Source of the DNA: Eledone cirrhosa | Taxonomy: Eukaryota | Length of the DNA: 64,000 nucleotides | Assembly (NCBI GenBank): GCA_964016885.1 | Contig: OZ024740.1 | Location: 207,638,001-207,702,000 of the forward strand | Direction: 5' to 3' | Shown: piece after piece, positions 26,593 to 39,806 of the stretch | How positions within the stretch are numbered: the stretch's first letter is position 1 | Layout: each line of letters starts with the position of its first letter | The notes under the pieces: model-generated | Seen by the model: only the letters and a program-made list of their open reading frames with translations | What the model was told of the DNA's origin: nothing | Databases searched by the model: none | Position numbers and translations under genes: made by a program

Positions 26593-26952
26593 GCGGTGGA
26601 TTGGCAATATTAGTAGAGAGTCGGACGCCATGCCTTGAGTTATGGCCTTTTACAGTCTGAGTTCAAATCCCGCCGAGGTTCACTTTACCTTTCATCCTTA
26701 CGGGGTTGATAAAATAAAATACCAATAATGCACTGGGGTAATTGCTTGCCTTGTGTCAAAGGTAGAAACAATTATTTTCATATATAGGCGGAGGATTGGC
26801 AGTACCGGTAGAGCGTCAGACACCATGATTTTCAGCATAGAGTTATGGCCCTCTAGGTTCTGATTTCAAATCCCACCGAGGTTAACTTTGCCTTTCATCG
26901 TTACGGGGTTGATAAATAAAGTGCCAGTAATGCACTGAAGTAATTATTATTT
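26593..26952 (+). mobile_element. Two tandem SINE copies (26593-26777 and 26787-26952)
   Basis: Each has the head GGATTGGCA...GGTAGAG, a B-box and the conserved core. Confidence 0.85.
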
Positions 26953-27102
26953 TCATATATACGTACTCCATTTACAACTTAGTCAAAAGTCTTTCCGTTG
27001 TTTTCTTCTGACTTTGTGTTATTGTATTGTCTCATACGCAGCTTTCCGGCGGCTTACTTAGCCGACGTGTAACCCTTATGCATTGAGTTACATTGCTTAA
27101 GG

Positions 27103-27447
27103 CAGAGGTTCTCAAACCTTTTGGGCCACCGCTTCCCTCACGGTTACATAATACCCTCAGCACCGCCTAACCCTATTTCCAAAGAGACCTACTTACACGC
27201 AAATAGTAAATAATATAAAATAAATAAAATCATTTATATATACAATAAATAATATAATGTATACTATGTATAAATAAATATTATATATATTTTTTATTTT
27301 ACTATATTTATATATAGTATGTATCATTTTATATTTAATATACTATTATATCATCTTTACCTCCCCCGCCGCCGCCTTAGGCCCCAGCGTCCACTGGACC
27401 TTCTCAACGCTCACTAGTGGCGGTAGCGTACACTTTGAGACCCTCTA
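27103..27447. mobile_element. hAT (Charlie-like) MITE
   Basis: TIRs CAGAGGTTCTCAAA / TTTGAGACCCTCTA; 8-bp TSD gcttaagg / gcataagg (7 of 8 match). Confidence 0.75.
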
Positions 27448-27843
27448 GCATAAGGGGTGGCAGACGAAAAGAATATGGATGATTTTGCTTCTTTGACACA
27501 AGTGTTCCGTTTTTGCCGAGTGCAACTGTACTATACAGTGAAATTCCGTTATAACTAAATTCACCGGGTATAAAAAACATTCGTTGCAGGTATTGATGGT
27601 GGTGGTGGTGGTGGTGGGCATGAGAAAACATTGGATTGTACATTGAATTTGTGTATTTAATTGGACATATAGATAACTTATGAACATTTTTCCCCAAGCT
27701 ATGTCACTGGTAAAGGTGACACCCATACCTTCAAGGATATTTCGGGATTAATTGTGGTTTCTTAAAATGTAAAAATAAATTCAAAAGAAGTGAAACTGAA
27801 TAAATTAATCTTGTTTAATTAATTAATTCAGTTGATCACGTTG

Positions 27844-27850
27844 TATAAAG
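27844..27850 (+). promoter_or_regulatory. TATA box of paralog B
   Basis: TATAAAG about 95 nt upstream of ATG 27945; equivalent to 7193-7201. Confidence 0.65.
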
Positions 27851-27944
27851 CGTTCTTCTTAGACATTTGTTAAACCTGTCTTTATTTCGAACAAGATAAC
27901 GACCATCACAATTCTACAACAGGAAGATAAACCAACTGACCACC

Positions 27945-28005
27945 ATGTTGTACGAAATTCTAGTAGTATTAGCAGCATTTTCATTCGTAAAATGCTACAC
28001 CAACT
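27945..28005 (+). CDS. Paralog B exon 1: signal peptide MLYEILVVLAAFSFVKCYTN
   Basis: accaccATG and phase-1 donor T|gtaagt. Confidence 0.85.
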
Positions 28006-29092
28006 GTAAGTAAATCATATTACTATATTTTGTATATTTCTTGGTTTCTTTCTTCATATTATTATGATCTCTGAGTTACACACTCTATCGAGCAACGTTA
28101 CTCCAGCCGACTGATTTTACACCTGCCAGTCGTGATACCATTTACAACACGGCTGCGCATGTCAATCTTGTTCATAAAAGTAATGAACAGGAGAGGAGGC
28201 AGTATGCACCCTCAGCGGAATCCGTCTTTCGAATTTAATGGTATCGATTTAGCACCATTTGTCCGAACATAAATTCTCCTCTATATTCGTATAGAGACAT
28301 CAGGGAAGCAAGAAGCTGACAATCGATCCCATACTCCTGCAGAACCTTCCACAGCAGGTTTCGACTAAAATGCTGCTTTTCAAAATATATTTTGAAATAA
28401 TTCTAGTCTACATTAATGTAATCTGGACGACAACAGAAACAAGTAAATTCTCAACCACAGAAGAAACTCTAAAAATAAAAAGGACAGACGCTGGATATCG
28501 TTCCAAAAGATAAAAAATGAAGGGCAAATTTCAAGAGAGTAGACTTTGTAGCAGATGACATTTCGTGTTTAAAGTATAGATTCTGATTGAACATGATTTA
28601 AAAAGATTAGCAGAAAAAACACCCTTCGGGTGGTTTTCTGCTAGTATGTGTAGTGTGCATATTGATATTATACGCAAGTATATATGCATGTAGATATGAT
28701 ACATCAAATAAAATTGTAATTGACAATATACACAGAAATTGAACGAAGACTGCGTTACATTGTCTTATGTAATCAGTAAGGTAATCCATGATATATTTTT
28801 AAAAAGACGATATTATATATAAACTGCATTAGGAGAAAATTAGTGACGGAAATATATGAATATTTATTTAAGCAATCGCTAACCGGAAGTGTTGACATTT
28901 AAAAATTTTAAAGAAGTGAATCTTTAAATAAGCAATAAAATATATTTAATCAAAAGCTACGAAATTTAGCAAATAAATTATGTAATATTCATTCATTATT
29001 TATTCAAAGTAATCCAACTTATTTTACAAACGGGATAAAAAATTATAATCTGGATGCAGTCCCGCACTCCTTTCTTTATTATAGTTAAGATA

Positions 29093-29268
29093 GGGTGGTG
29101 GATTGGCAATATTGCTAGAGGGTCGGACGCCATGCTTTGATGCATAGAGTTACGGCCCTTGCCATCCTGAGCTCAACTTTGCCTTTCATCCTTACGGGGT
29201 CGATAAAATAAAGTACCAGTAATACACTGGGTAATTGCTGGCCTTGTTCCAAACGTAGAAACAATTAT
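29093..29268 (+). mobile_element. SINE in paralog B intron 1
   Basis: Family head and core; flanks repeat attatagttaagata. Confidence 0.8.
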
Positions 29269-29573
29269 AGTTAAGATAAGTTATAACACTGGCCACGCTT
29301 TTAAATCAGAAATATCTATGCTACAGAAACTTTCCTTATTGCAGTAACTGTGAAAAACATATGTTTATGGGGTTAATGGAGGTCTAATTAGATGGAATAT
29401 CAGATTTAATGAAGCCTCTCACATTGCCAAGGATAGGGAACCAATAGTGAACACAAATTGGTGAATATAGAGTGAACAAAATCTCTTCTGTTGGAGACTG
29501 TTTTATGGAATCAGAAGAGGATGGTGAAGAAAATATCATATTCTATTCCAAAAAAGTAGTCTCTGCTCTTAAT

Positions 29574-29681
<108 letters not shown>

Positions 29682-29694
29682 TGTGTGTGTGTGT

Positions 29695-29734
<40 letters not shown>

Positions 29735-30275
29735 AAAACGTACACTGTTTTCCGATAGATATATTAATACAAAGATATTGTAATATGTTTGTCACATTTG
29801 TTGTAATTTACTAATGTTAGAAATTATTTTGAACTAGAAAAGGAGTTGGACTCAATATATAATAACATTTTTATTTGATATGAGTGAAAACGCTTTATCT
29901 TGCAAAACCACAGAATATCTTTTGGGGCCTGCTGAGATAAAAAAAAAATATTTCAAAGAAAAGAGTATTACAGCGTTAAGTGTATATCTAATTGTTATGG
30001 ATAAAACAAACTAATAAAACATTTTATAAACAAACAGAAATAACTACGATTTAAATCTGATTATCTTGCGAAACCTCAGAATGTTTTGAGGGACCTCACT
30101 GTGGAAAATACAGCATTAAATATTTGAAATCTTTTGCATTAATGCAAAGAAAGAGTTTAACTTTGATATTGTTAAGTATTTTTATATCTAATTGATATAG
30201 ATTCTATACAAATAGAAATATCAATGATGTATATTAAAGCTATATATTGAGATGATAATGTTATTCTTTTTACAG

Positions 30276-31198
30276 ATGAATGTACCCATAATGGAAGAAG
30301 GTATGAAGATACATTTAGCATCGACTGTAACACGTGTGTGTGTCTTGAAAGTGGACGAGCGCAGTGTTCAAATAAGATATGTGACTATGGACAACGATCA
30401 ACATGTTGGTATGAAGGTAGACGTTACACAGTAGGACAGACAATCCAACAGTCATGTAATACATGTGTATGCAGAGCCAATGGTCAAATGGATTGTACAA
30501 AGAATACATGTCAGTGTACATATAAAGGACAAAATTACAATATTGGCCAGAGGTTTAATGAGGATTGCAACCAATGTGAATGTTTATCTAGTGGTATTGT
30601 ACGGTGTTCTAACAAACGGTGTCAATGTTTTAAAAATGGAAGATCTTACCCCATTGGTGCTACATTTAGCAAGGACTGCAATACATGCACATGTCAAATA
30701 GATGGTCGCATACAGTGTACAAGCAACCCATGTACTTGCACCTACAACAATATGGTCTATAATTTCGGACAACAATTCAGGAACGGTTGTAAGACCTGCA
30801 CTTGTCAACAAAATGGACAGGTCCAATGTACAAATTACCCTTGTCAATGTACATACAACGGTAAACGTTATGGTGTTGGTTCTATATTCTACAATGATTG
30901 CAACAAATGTCAGTGCCATGATAATGGAAGAATCCAATGTGAACAGAAAATATGCCTCAAACCATGCATATTCAACGGGCAAACCTATTCTATCGGAGAA
31001 TCGTTTAAAAATGACTGCAATACATGTACATGTGGACAGTTTGGTCAAGTAAGATGTACTAAAATGTACTGTCCTAAAACATGCCAATACAACGGAAAAA
31101 TCTACACAGCTGACCAAATATTCACGGCTCAAGATAATTGCAATACATGTCGATGTTCAGCTGGGTTGGTCAAGTGTACCAACTTAATATGTGGTCAA
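30276..31198 (+). CDS. Paralog B exon 2: eight pacifastin/VWC-like 6-Cys repeats (332 aa in total)
   Basis: Open frame, acceptor tttacag|AT, donor CAA|gtgagt; exactly 111 nt (one repeat) shorter than paralog A. Confidence 0.9.
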
Positions 31199-32131
31199 GT
31201 GAGTATGGTTTTTATTACTCTTTTATTGTCTCAAATATTAACAATTCTATCTTTCCTCTTATGTAATTTGTAGTCCTTTAGACACATTACACAAAGATAT
31301 CATTACAATTTCCCTGTGTAATTACTGCTGTGATATAAGAAACAGGGGAACATCATCATTAGCATAGCTACCATTTAGTGAATGTTTGTTAGAGTATGAC
31401 AGAGGTGATGGCATTCATTCATTGCTCCCTTGTGACCGATGAGATTAATTTTAATAATCTTTCAAATAAAGTGCCGCAAGTTGGTGCCGGTAGGTATGAC
31501 GGGAACATGGAGAAAATTCGAGAAGGCGGACATTCGCTGTAGGACAGGTAACGTGTAGAGGGTTTCTGTGGATCCTGGTGGGCAGACACATTATGAGTGA
31601 TAAGAAATGGAGATACAATTGAGTTGGAATTGTCTGAGTGGAGGTGACATGAAACCAATCATTATAGAAGCTCTACACCATTGTAGTAGCAGTAGGAAGG
31701 TTAATGAAATAAGTCATTACGACAGTGATTAAGAGACTGGGATGTGACTTTAAACCGATTAGTGAAGAACTTTTATCTGGATGTAGAACATCATATCTCC
31801 AGTCGTATGTCAAAATAGATGGCAATGTTATAGTCACTTTTATATAACTATGAAATATATATTCTCTTTCAAAGAAATGCTTCAGTAGGAATGTTATTGG
31901 ACTTACCAACATTCTGGTTAAAGGTTCAAACGTTCACTGCTGTTTCGTTTAATTTCCAACTAAGGGAGTTAATTCAACGTAACTTCGTTCCTTTATTTAT
32001 CGCTAATATATATGTATATCGATATGTTAAGGAATTTTACCTATATCTAAATTGTTATATTTTGTAAGTTATTTATTTGATATTGTTTTAATATAAATAG
32101 TAATACAATATAAAACTTTATTTTATTACAG

Positions 32132-32146
32132 ACTGGATACTACTAA
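32132..32146 (+). CDS. Paralog B exon 3 (TGYY-stop)
   Basis: ttttattacag|ACT GGA TAC TAC TAA; AATAAA at 32241. Confidence 0.7.
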   Translation, partial: TGYY

Positions 32147-32393
32147 AGAACACAACAGGCTGCTTTCTGACTTGAGATGATTATGTTTCTGAATGATAAT
32201 TGAAATTTTTAAAAATAATAATTTCAGTATTTTTTTCATCAATAAACAAATATAGAGCAGTTATTTATTGTTCTCCTAGTTTTTGTTTTTATAAATTTTA
32301 ATTTTCATATTACAGAAAAAGGTAAAAATACAATGTGAGAGAAACTTTACCAAAGAAACCTGGTTATGAATATTTGTTTGAACTAGCTGCTGG

Positions 32394-32516
<123 letters not shown>

Positions 32517-32656
32517 GCACACACACACACACATGCACTCATACCCACAAACGCCTCTCCCATATATATATATATATATATATATAATCAAGGAAAAGCA
32601 AATAGAGAAAGATCTTTTAAATAAATTTCAAATAATTCACTGTACTTACTATATGT

Positions 32657-32738
32657 GCCTTTACGGCGGTTTCAGATCCCAAAACAAATAGATAATCCAA
32701 GCGGGTTTTCATTGAGAAAGAGATCCTCGTCAGAAGGC
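32657..32738 (-). ncRNA. Type I hammerhead ribozyme in a 473-nt unit
   Basis: GCCTT-CTGACGA-GGATCTC...GGGATCT-GAAA-CCGCCG-TA-AAGGC. Confidence 0.8.
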
Positions 32739-33682
32739 TTTTATCTCTCGGAGAATATAAGATTCCCGAGTTCAAAATACAAACTGGCGCCATACAAAAC
32801 TGCCCCAACAAATGAATGATGAAACAATTTTGTCTAGTACCGTGTGCAAAGACTGAAAGCAAGGTGGACAGGTCAATCTCTCGCTACTAAAAATAGCAGC
32901 CGTTCAAATGACCAAACGTTTCTCTACCGTTGGGGAGAATAATAATAAAAGTATGTGTTCCTGCATGTAAATAATACACACAGGGATACAAGTATAGTCC
33001 GACCGTATGCCAGTGTGGTTCAACGGCAAGTTAATAAATTAACAAGCCAGAACATATAAAATCAAGGAAAAGCAAATAAAGAAAACATTTTAAAATCAAT
33101 TTCAAAAATTCACTGTACTTACTATATGTGCCTTTACCGCAAGCTCTATGTGTGTGAGAGGGTGGTGGTGGAGTGTCTGTAGGTACACACAGCAGTAATT
33201 TTTGCGGATGGGATTGGGGTGAGTGACAGCTCACGCCCGTATGAGATGGCCAGTGGGCAGATTTCAGCGGTCAAGAACTATGATAACGTCACAAACCATT
33301 GACCAATCCATGGACGCGCTTTAGACTCTAGAGATTTTTATTACTTTTTACTATTTAATTTTATTATTTTTATATATTTATTTATTTATTTATTACCTTT
33401 TAATCTCAATTTATTAACCTATTCTATACCGTCCCACCCTCTAAGTCCTCCAGAATCCTTTGTCGCCTGCTTCTTTACAAGTCTATTTTCATACACACTC
33501 CTTAGAATTTGCTGTATAGAATTCACTTTCAACGCTTGACCGGCTCCACCCACTTCCTCATTGTTCTACAGGCAAGTTCAGCCACCTCCACGTCCCACCC
33601 AAGCCATGAAAGATTTAACTATGTTTACAAGAAATTTTGACCAATCTTTTTGACAACTACTACAATCTTCCCATATAAGGAA

Positions 33683-33780
33683 TTACGCCTTGAAAAGTTC
33701 GGCTATTTATTTACCACGCTAAAAATTCTAATTTAGTTCAGAAATAGTCGTCAAAATGGCTTGAGCTCTGCCGTCGGGTT
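33683..33780 (+). ncRNA. Hammerhead relic, U3-A8 core, in the 5' pseudo-LTR
   Basis: TTGAAAA-G..CGGCTATTT/AAATAGTCG..C; GAAAC mutated to AAAAT; stem III ends GCCGTC. Confidence 0.5.
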
Positions 33781-36376
33781 AAACTTTTTCCTATTACCCA
33801 CTCTACTACCCTAACTATTGAGTACTTTAGTGCGTTATGGTCCATCTGGTTCCTTACCACACCTCCTTCGTTATCTAGCTCCTACCACCATAGTAGAGCA
33901 CTTTCCAACCCTACCACGCCATATCCTGACTTTTCCACCCAGCTCAAGTTTTATTGCATCCACCATGCGGAAACACTCTATCGACTTCTCCACCAAGAGC
34001 ATCCCAGCTCCACCGAGAAAACTTTTTCCTTCGGATGCTCACGCAAAAAATCGACCTTTTTTGCGAAAAGACTGAGATGGAGAACATTTTTATATGATAG
34101 ATACCGCGACAACCAGGATTTCGACACCAAGGAGAGATTCGGATTCAATACCTACAAATCTCCCCCACCGGACCCTATGCTCTCACCCTTCGAGAACGAC
34201 CTCTTCCACCTGGTAAAAGGTATAAAATTCAAACCCAGACACAAGCGATTCCTACAACTCCGTAGAAAAATAACGGAGTATGAAAGCACCAAAGACATCC
34301 TGGTGCATTCGGACAAAACTGGAAACCTCTATTTGGTCAACCCTGACAGATACCACACACTGATCAGAAGCAGCCTGAACTCAACCTACAAAAAGGCTTC
34401 AATAATCAATGACATAAATCTAGGCATTCAATAATCGATGACATAAATCTAGATGGACAACGAATTACCTACAACCTAGGGGTCGCCGACAGCACTGAAC
34501 CCCTCCACTCACGGACTCCCTACTTCACCCTGAAGGACCACAAATCCGACTTCGACCGCAAAACATCTATCAGGCTTATAAACCCGACGAAGTCGGACAT
34601 AGATAGAATCAGTAAAAAGATCCTAGACCGCGTTATACCAAAAAGTTAAGCAAAACGCGAGACTTAGCCTTTGGGTCAGCACCCAGGAAGTCATCTCATG
34701 GTTCAGGAATATTGAGGACAAACAGGACACCAAAATCATCCAGTTAGACATAGAGAGTTACTACGCCTCTATTACCATACCGCTCCTTACGGCCGCCTTG
34801 GACTTTTCCAAAACACTCACACCCAACACCGACCAGGAAAGAAACATCATTCTCCACACCAGGAAGATAGTCCTCCTTTTCGACAACTCCAAGTGGATAC
34901 AGAGAGCTCCCGACTCCCTCTTCGATGTCAGTATGGGCGCGACCGACTCAGCCGAGGTGCCCGACCTTATAGGATTATTCCTACTATATAAACTGACCGA
35001 AATGTTTTCTGCATTCGGCGGTGGATTGTACCGAGACGATGGGCTCCTTACCCTCAAAGCGTACAACCCCAGTAGTAGAGCCCGGGCCTATAAACAACTA
35101 ATCAACTTTTTCCGGGACTGGGGATTTAAAATCACCCTTCAAACGTCCCTAACCCGAGTCAATTTCCTGGACGTTACCCTCAACCTCGAAAATGATCTAT
35201 ACTACCCATACAGGAAACCAAAGGACAACCTGCACTACATCCACCGCCGCTCTAACCATCCTAGAAACATCACCAATAACCTGGTTAAAAACATCTCCCT
35301 CCGCATATCTCGTTTGTCCGCTAATGAGCAGATATTCGATATGAACATGCGCCTCATTACAACCAGGCCCTCAAGCGAAATCTCCTTTTATCCAGCTTCC
35401 CTTATCGGAAGCAGCAGGTGACGCCGCCGCTCACGCCACATAACGTGGTTCAATCCTCCCCACGAGGTGGCAACATCCATCGGGAAAATCTTCGAAAAAT
35501 ACTTCCCACCACAACAGCGCTACCATAACATAATCAACAAAAGCACTATAAACTCTCCTACAGCACCACACCCAACTTCTCACAAAACATCGCCTCCTCA
35601 AACAACAAGAAACTAAACCCCTATGGAAGAAACAACTTGAGATTAGTGCAGAGCCGACCAGGAGGTGTAACTGCCCTGATAGATCTACGTGCCCCCTCAA
35701 CAACAGAAGCCGAGAACGTACACGAGTGGATAGACAATGGTTGCAACATCCTTCTTTTCCCCACTCGTCGAACAAGATAGGGGAAACCCCAGCTAACATA
35801 GGTAGATGTACTTCTTTTCTTTTCCTTCTTTCTTTTCTTCCTCCCTTTATCCCTTCCTATCACTTCCTTCCCCTCCCTCTCCTCTTCCTTTTCTTTTTCC
35901 CCTTTTGCCCACCCGGAGGCAGCCCATCGGGCTTTTGTAGCCTCAGTACCCCCACACCAGTAAATTATATATAACACTGGCCGAAAACACAATACCAACT
36001 AAATAAAGCAGCTGCTTTAGACTCTAGAGATTTTTATTACTTTTACTATTTAATTTTATTATTTTTATATATTTTTTATTTGTTTACTACCTTTTAATCT
36101 CAATTTATTAACCTATTCTATACCGTCCCACCCTCTAAGTCCTCCAGAATCCTTTGTCGCCTGCTTCTTTACAAGTCTATTTTCATACACACTCCTTAGA
36201 ATTTGCTGTATAGAATTCACTTTCAACGCTTGACCGGCTCCACCCACTTCCTCATTGTTCTACAGGCAAGTTCAGCCACCTCCACGTCCCACCCAAGCCA
36301 TGAAAGATTTAACTATGTTTACAAGAAATTTTGACCAATCTTTTTGACAACTACTACAAACTTCCCATATAAGGAA

Positions 36377-36475
36377 TTACGCCTTGAAAAGTTCGGCTAT
36401 TTATTTACCACGCTAAAAATTCTAATTTAGTCCAGAAATAGCCGTCGAAACGGCTTGAGCTCTGCCCTCAGGGTT
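36377..36475 (+). ncRNA. Hammerhead relic, U3-A8 core, in the 3' pseudo-LTR
   Basis: TTGAAAA, 9-bp CGGCTATTT/AAATAGCCG, GAAACGGC...GCCCTC (G16.2 lost). Confidence 0.55.
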
Positions 36476-36555
36476 AAACTTTTTCCTATTACCCACTCTA
36501 TTACCCTAAGTATTGAGTACTCTGGTGCGTTATGGTTCATCTGGTTCCCACGTCG

Positions 36556-36589
<34 letters not shown>

Positions 36590-36596
<7 letters not shown>

Positions 36597-37630
36597 CAGA
36601 GATGGTAATGCAACGGAAAGAGAAGAAGAGGAGAAACAAGTCCGTGATATCTATGAACTTAAGTTCAGTGAAATCATAGACGAAAGATACAGACCATCCG
36701 ACCTGGTTGAGATGTGAGCGAGAAAAGGATTTTACAGAGGTCAAACGGGAGGAAGTAAGAGAGGGGGAGTAGCAGAGAGTGAGCGAGTGAAAGTGTGAGG
36801 AAGAGGCCAGCTGAGAGAGAGTGACTGGCTCTCTGGTTGGCGCGAGCAATAACTAAAAAAAGGTTATTGGGACACGTAAAATAGGGTGAAGCGAGCGAGA
36901 CATAAACACACCATCTCTGTTTGTTTACATGTCTCGCTCGCTTCACCCTATTTTACGTGTCCCAATAACTTTCTTTAGTTATTGCTCGCACCAACCAGAA
37001 GTATATGATATTTAATGCGAAGAAATACCAATGACGGTTGGAAGATCACTGATGAAGGACTAATTTTATTCACATGTAACCCATTTGCAACAACGCAGCA
37101 CGCCATTTTTCATATATTTATATTTTTCCCTACGCTGTGACCTGTCTGTTTCTTTCTTACTGCTTCCCCTTTCTCTGTATCTCTCACCTTCTTTTTACCC
37201 CCTCTGCCAGTCACTCTCTCTCAGCTGGCCTCTTCCTCACACTTTCATTCACTCACTCTCTGCTACTCCCCTCTGTCACTTCCTCCCGTTTGACCTGTGT
37301 GAAATACTTTTCTCGCTCACATCTCACCCAGGTCGGATGGTCTCTATCTCTCATCTATGATTTCACCGAACTTAAGTTCATAGATATCACGGACTTGTTT
37401 CTCCTCTTCCTCTCTTTCCGTTGCATTACCATCTCTGTTTGTTTACATGTCTCGCTCGCTTCACCCGCTTATTTTACGTGTCCTAATAACTTTCTTAATT
37501 ATTGCTCGACCAACCAGAGGTATATGATGTTTAATGCGAAGAAATACCAATGACGGTTGGAAGATCACTGATGAAGGACTAATTTTATTCATATGTACCC
37601 CATTTGCAACAACGCAGCACGCCATTTTTC

Positions 37631-37635
<5 letters not shown>
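36590..37635. repeat. Non-coding unit with nested inverted and ~520-bp-period direct duplications
   Basis: 36590-36840 is the reverse complement of ~37205-37445; 36912-37115 repeats at 37430-37635. Confidence 0.8.
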
Positions 37636-37663
<28 letters not shown>

Positions 37664-37699
37664 TGTATGTATGTATGTATGTATGTATGTATGTATATT

Positions 37700-37948
37700 C
37701 ATATTATTTCGTCTTAATGTCATTTATTCTCAGCCCCACACTCATCGACACAGTCTCCACCTCCCGCATCAAATCCTCTGCCCCCTTCACTGTGTTTGTC
37801 ACCAAAACTATGCCGTCGGCAAATTCAGCATTCGATATCTTTTTCGCCTTAACTCTCCTGTTTTGAGCCGGTGTTACAGTAAAGCCAGAGTCCTGATGTT
37901 CCTCCAGCGCAAGGCGCATACAATAGTTGCGCGGGGTAGGGAACGTGA

Positions 37949-38028
<80 letters not shown>

Positions 38029-38190
38029 GTATATATATGAAGATCTTACAGGCTTATGGAATCCCCAAGAAGATAGTGGACCTTATATCACTGCTCTACA
38101 CCAACACCAAAGCCCAAGTCATTACACCTGATGGCATGACAGAGTTCTTTGAGATACTGGCTGGAGTGCTCCATGGATTACATTGGCTCC
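37700..38190. mobile_element. RTE-type RT fragments in opposite orientations around (TA)n
   Basis: Minus MRLALE...AEFADGIVL; plus MKILQAYGIPKKIVDLI...FEILAGVLHG. Confidence 0.7.
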
Positions 38191-38204
38191 CTACCTTTTT
38201 ATCA

Positions 38205-38790
38205 TCGATCCTGAAGGGGGATAAATTTGAGTTAATCCACTTTGGAAAAGAGGATGCCCTGAAATTCCCATATTCTCTTCCTTCAGGCGAAACTCTCGTC
38301 GCATCCAATTGGATGAATTGGGAGTAATTGTGGACAACAATATAATTGTGGACAACAACTCATAAAAACAGCAAAGTTGATATGGCCCGCAGAATATGTT
38401 CCTGAATTCTCAGAACCTTCCAGTCGAGAGATATCCACACGATTATCCCTTTCTTCTCCACTTTTGCCCGACCCCACTTTGAATACTGTTGTCCACTGTG
38501 GTCTCCCCACACGAAACAAAGTATCATGAAAGTTGAAGTACCTCAATTACAAAAATGATAGACGGTATGACAGGCCTTGACTATTGGAGTCGACTAGAAA
38601 AGCTCAACCTTTATTCTCTCCAACGTCGTCGTGAGCACTACATTATCTGCATGATGTGGAAAATATTCCATCAGCTTTGCCCAAATGATGTTTGGATCAC
38701 CTTTAAGGTACACCCAAGGCTTGTGCCCACGACAAAAACCACACTCGCATCTCATTACAACAATAGGGCACGATTATTTCACCTCAATTG
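38205..38790 (+). mobile_element. CR1-like LINE fragment
   Basis: KFELIHFG, RPHFEYCCPLWSP, LDYWSRLEKLNLYSLQRRRE. Confidence 0.7.
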
Positions 38791-38812
38791 GCTCCGCTCT
38801 ACAATATATATA

Positions 38813-38889
<77 letters not shown>

Positions 38890-38892
<3 letters not shown>

Positions 38893-39715
38893 TATTTTCC
38901 GTTGTGTTGTAATATAAATATTACACACAGTAGATTATCAGCTCACGTAGAGTTTGCTCGACGGTTCCAGTTGTAGTTCCAAAAGTAATCCGGAGAAAAA
39001 TAGAAAGATTTGAATGGATACAGTTTAGTTGAAAGGAATTTATTGACACGTGTTTCTATAACAGTTACATAACCTAAAACAGCTGCTATCTACAAACTTT
39101 TAGTTATGCAGACATTCAATATTTCAATGTTATTATTTACTGTCATTTCATCAGAATAATATTACTGAGGACCTATTTAGTTTATATAGAGAATATTAGG
39201 AGGGAGGGGTGAAGTTGTTAGAAGAATAGTTGAAGGAGTGGTTTTTCGATAGCAGTGAGAATTCTTGGTGGCAGTGAGTAATTAGATTCCCATCTGTTGT
39301 TTTGACATTTTTTATAGAATATATTATTGGTTATTTTTCTAAATCTATAGAAGGATTAGAGATAGTAAAGATATGCGTGGTTGGTTTTGTGTTTGCACTT
39401 AATTAACATTCAGACTTAAATTTTTCTTTCAAGTGTACGTATCCTTTCACCCACGCATTCACAAACAAATATATTTGCACACCTTTACAAAATACATATA
39501 CTCACAATTCACATATTCATACATACATATATATACACATGCATACACATATATATACACACATGTATTCATGTACATACATACGCGCTCATGTGTATAC
39601 ATTTTCATACTCAACTTATCTTTATATACACACGTATAGACACACACATATATACATACATACTCTAGTCCATGTGTACACACATACACATACATACACA
39701 TCCATATACACATAT

Positions 39716-39806
<91 letters not shown>

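Larger units (their letters stand above)
33318..36547 (+). mobile_element. Penelope-like element with direct pseudo-LTRs; RT decayed, endonuclease deleted
   Basis: Direct repeats 33318-33850 and 36014-36547. ORF pieces ILVHSDKTGNLY and FDVSMGATDSAEVPDLIG...GLYRDDG...VNFLDV; coding stops after CNCPDRSTCPL. Confidence 0.88.

Noticed and set aside
37049-37075. CTGATGA in the 520-bp duplicated unit
   Set aside because: No matching stem II or downstream GAAA found.
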